Shown here: positions 62,150 to 64,000 of the stretch, in pieces | How positions within the stretch are numbered: position 1 is the first letter of the stretch | How the letters are laid out: each line of letters opens with the position of its first letter | Notes under the pieces: generated by a model | Databases searched by the model: none | The model's input: only the letters and a program-made list of their open reading frames with translations | Told to the model about the DNA's origin: nothing | Position numbers and translations under genes: made by a program | DNA from: Lingula anatina | Taxonomy: Eukaryota > Animalia > Brachiopoda | NCBI GenBank assembly: GCA_051362555.1 | Contig: CM120644.1 | Coordinates: 22,900,534-22,964,533 of the forward strand | DNA length: 64,000 nucleotides | Direction: 5' to 3'

Positions 62150-64000
62150 GCAAAAAAAGTGAAAAAAGTACTATCCGAGATCTTGGATACATAGATTGAA
62201 AAGTTTAATGCATTAGAATGAATGCAAACAACTACAATCGCCCTCTCTTCTACAATCAACATCTTCTACTCCAGAAGCCATTGGCAAAAATACATTTTAG
62301 ACTCTAATTCTTTTTTAAACGTGAATGCAAGTCATTTTGTGTAGAGAAATTACAATCACCAAATGTTGATATTAGGACCGACTGGTATTTCTGTTTAGTG
62401 CAATGTCATATACACTGTACGTGTGCAAAATCATAAACTAATTGCAATTAAGGTTGGGTGTTCAAATCAATGTGTTTTCTTTCAATTAAAAAGCACGTTT
62501 CTGGTCCATAAAGCTACGGAATTTCAAATGTATTTCATTTAATCGCATATAAACCTTAAAAAAAATAATAATAACAATAATAATAATACATTTACGTCTA
62601 CAAAGCCGGTGACAACGTAGCACAACTAATGCAATGGAATTCAAATTTCATCGGTTCTGACTGGAATGTAATCAGTATTGGATGATCTGCGCTTGCGCGT
62701 TACGATCACTGCTGCTATGACAACAACGCATGCGCTGACAGCCATGACACCAGCTCCAAGTGTAGTGGCAGCCGGTGCCTGGGCACCTTCCTCGCCGTCC
62801 CCCTTATTCTTCCCCTCGTCTTTTACGGCAAACTCTGGGAAAACAAAGACGGGGTATTTAAACACATTCGATACGCTAGTTATTGGCAGTTGCAGCATTT
62901 GGTTTAGTAAGAAAAAGGATACATCATCTGCCTCTAATTGCTAGAGGAATACAAAATAAGACCAAAGGGGTCATTTTATTATGATGAGGGCCGGGGTGGA
63001 AAATGGCTTCATTAGTCTGCTTTGTTACGGTCATCAAACTCATTTTTAATTCCAAAAACGCGTTCGGAACGTTTAGTTCAAACAATAAGAAATGTACCTT
63101 CCCTTTAAATTAAATATATATGTTACTTGCCTGCTACGGGGTTCTCTTTCTGGACGAACACGGGTCCCTGCACCAGGCTGTACACCTCTACGTCACCAGG
63201 TACCGCTCTCTTCCCCCTGCCGCCATTTTGTGGACAGGCGTACCCTTCACTGGGCCGCAGACACCTACTGTCCCGGTCAGTGGCGTTACACACGATAACG
63301 TCACAGTGGATGTACACCTCTGGATCGTTGAAGAACTCGAAGGCCTTGACGGTGAACTGCGCATGCGTGTCGTTAGAGGGATAGAAGCGTACCGTAGGGT
63401 CGTCTGGGCATCTGGAAATATACAATCAATGTTTTTTTTTAATTGTGCTGATTGTAAATGTCTGAACAATACATCGGTTAGTCAGTGTACACTTGAGTGT
63501 TTATAAGTTCCCTTATATGTTCATCATCTTGCACTTTACCACCAGTAGTACTGATTTATGTACTGAATATGTACATGTATTTGTTGTTTAAATCCTTCTT
63601 TATGAAGGAAAAAATGCTATCTTGCATCAAGCTAACGGTAAGAAGCCTAACGACATCAATTCAAAATCTGCGATTGTAATCTGCGATTGAAAACACCGAA
63701 CTCACTTGTTGCTAATGAGGGCATATTGTGGATAGCCCTTCGTAGTCTTCGGCGTCGCCACGCAGTTCTGTAGGACCACCTTAAGATTAACGTCCGGCGT
63801 TAGTAAAGCCACGTCCACATACATGTCCTGGTTAAGTCTGACCACGTGGGGATAGCTGGTCACGGGGGAGGTGAAGTAATCAGAATGGTACAGGTCCATC
63901 CTCAGGGTGAAGTTACCATTAGCAACATATACTCGGTTGCCGTACACTGTGCCCTGCATTAATAGCAAAGATAATTATTTTATAAGTCTGTACGGACGTA
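60510..64000. repeat. Segmental tandem duplication of about 20037-23540 (3' exons, introns and downstream DNA of the ZP gene)
   Basis: Collinear high similarity from 'catgt(g/a)caat(g/t)ggtatttaat' onward; differences are mainly microsatellite lengths and small indels. Confidence 0.95.
62641..63953 (-). CDS. 3' end of a paralogous ZP-TM gene (exons 63706-63953, 63131-63411, 62641-62834); continues beyond the window
   Basis: Near-identical proteins (e.g. ATPKTTKGYPQYALI versus ATPKAAKGYPQYPLI), intact frames and splice sites including the GC donor. Confidence 0.92.

Overview
This is AT-rich, intron-containing animal genomic DNA (invertebrate; a lophotrochozoan such as a mollusc is plausible but not provable here). 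Most of the supplied short ORFs are noise, so I reconstructed genes by hand from splice sites and intron phases. (1) A 10-exon + strand gene (14428-19743, about 634 aa) joins a tankyrase-like PARP/ADP-ribosyltransferase catalytic domain (H-Y-E triad) in frame to a complete caspase domain (SHG...QACQG) with no death-fold prodomain. This PARP-caspase fusion is the most unusual feature. (2) A convergent - strand gene of about 43 exons (59483-22071, about 1,700 aa) encodes a DMBT1/uromodulin-like mosaic membrane protein: signal peptide, LDLa, 13 EGF, 3 SRCR, VWA, ZP, furin site and TM. It is built from duplicated phase-1 exon cassettes and microexons and has a GC-AG intron. (3) The 3' end of a near-identical tandem paralog of that gene lies at 62641-63953, within a duplication starting near 60510. 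(4) The terminal exons of a WxxW (mucin/CILP-type) domain gene lie at 5925-7412. Introns and intergenic DNA hold many non-autonomous elements: long-TIR TAGTC-ended elements, nested MITEs with target-site duplications (TSDs), Helentron/HINE-like elements, a CACTA-like element, a tRNA-derived SINE, a Tc1 relic, satellites and microsatellites. No rRNA, real tRNA or CRISPR array was seen.
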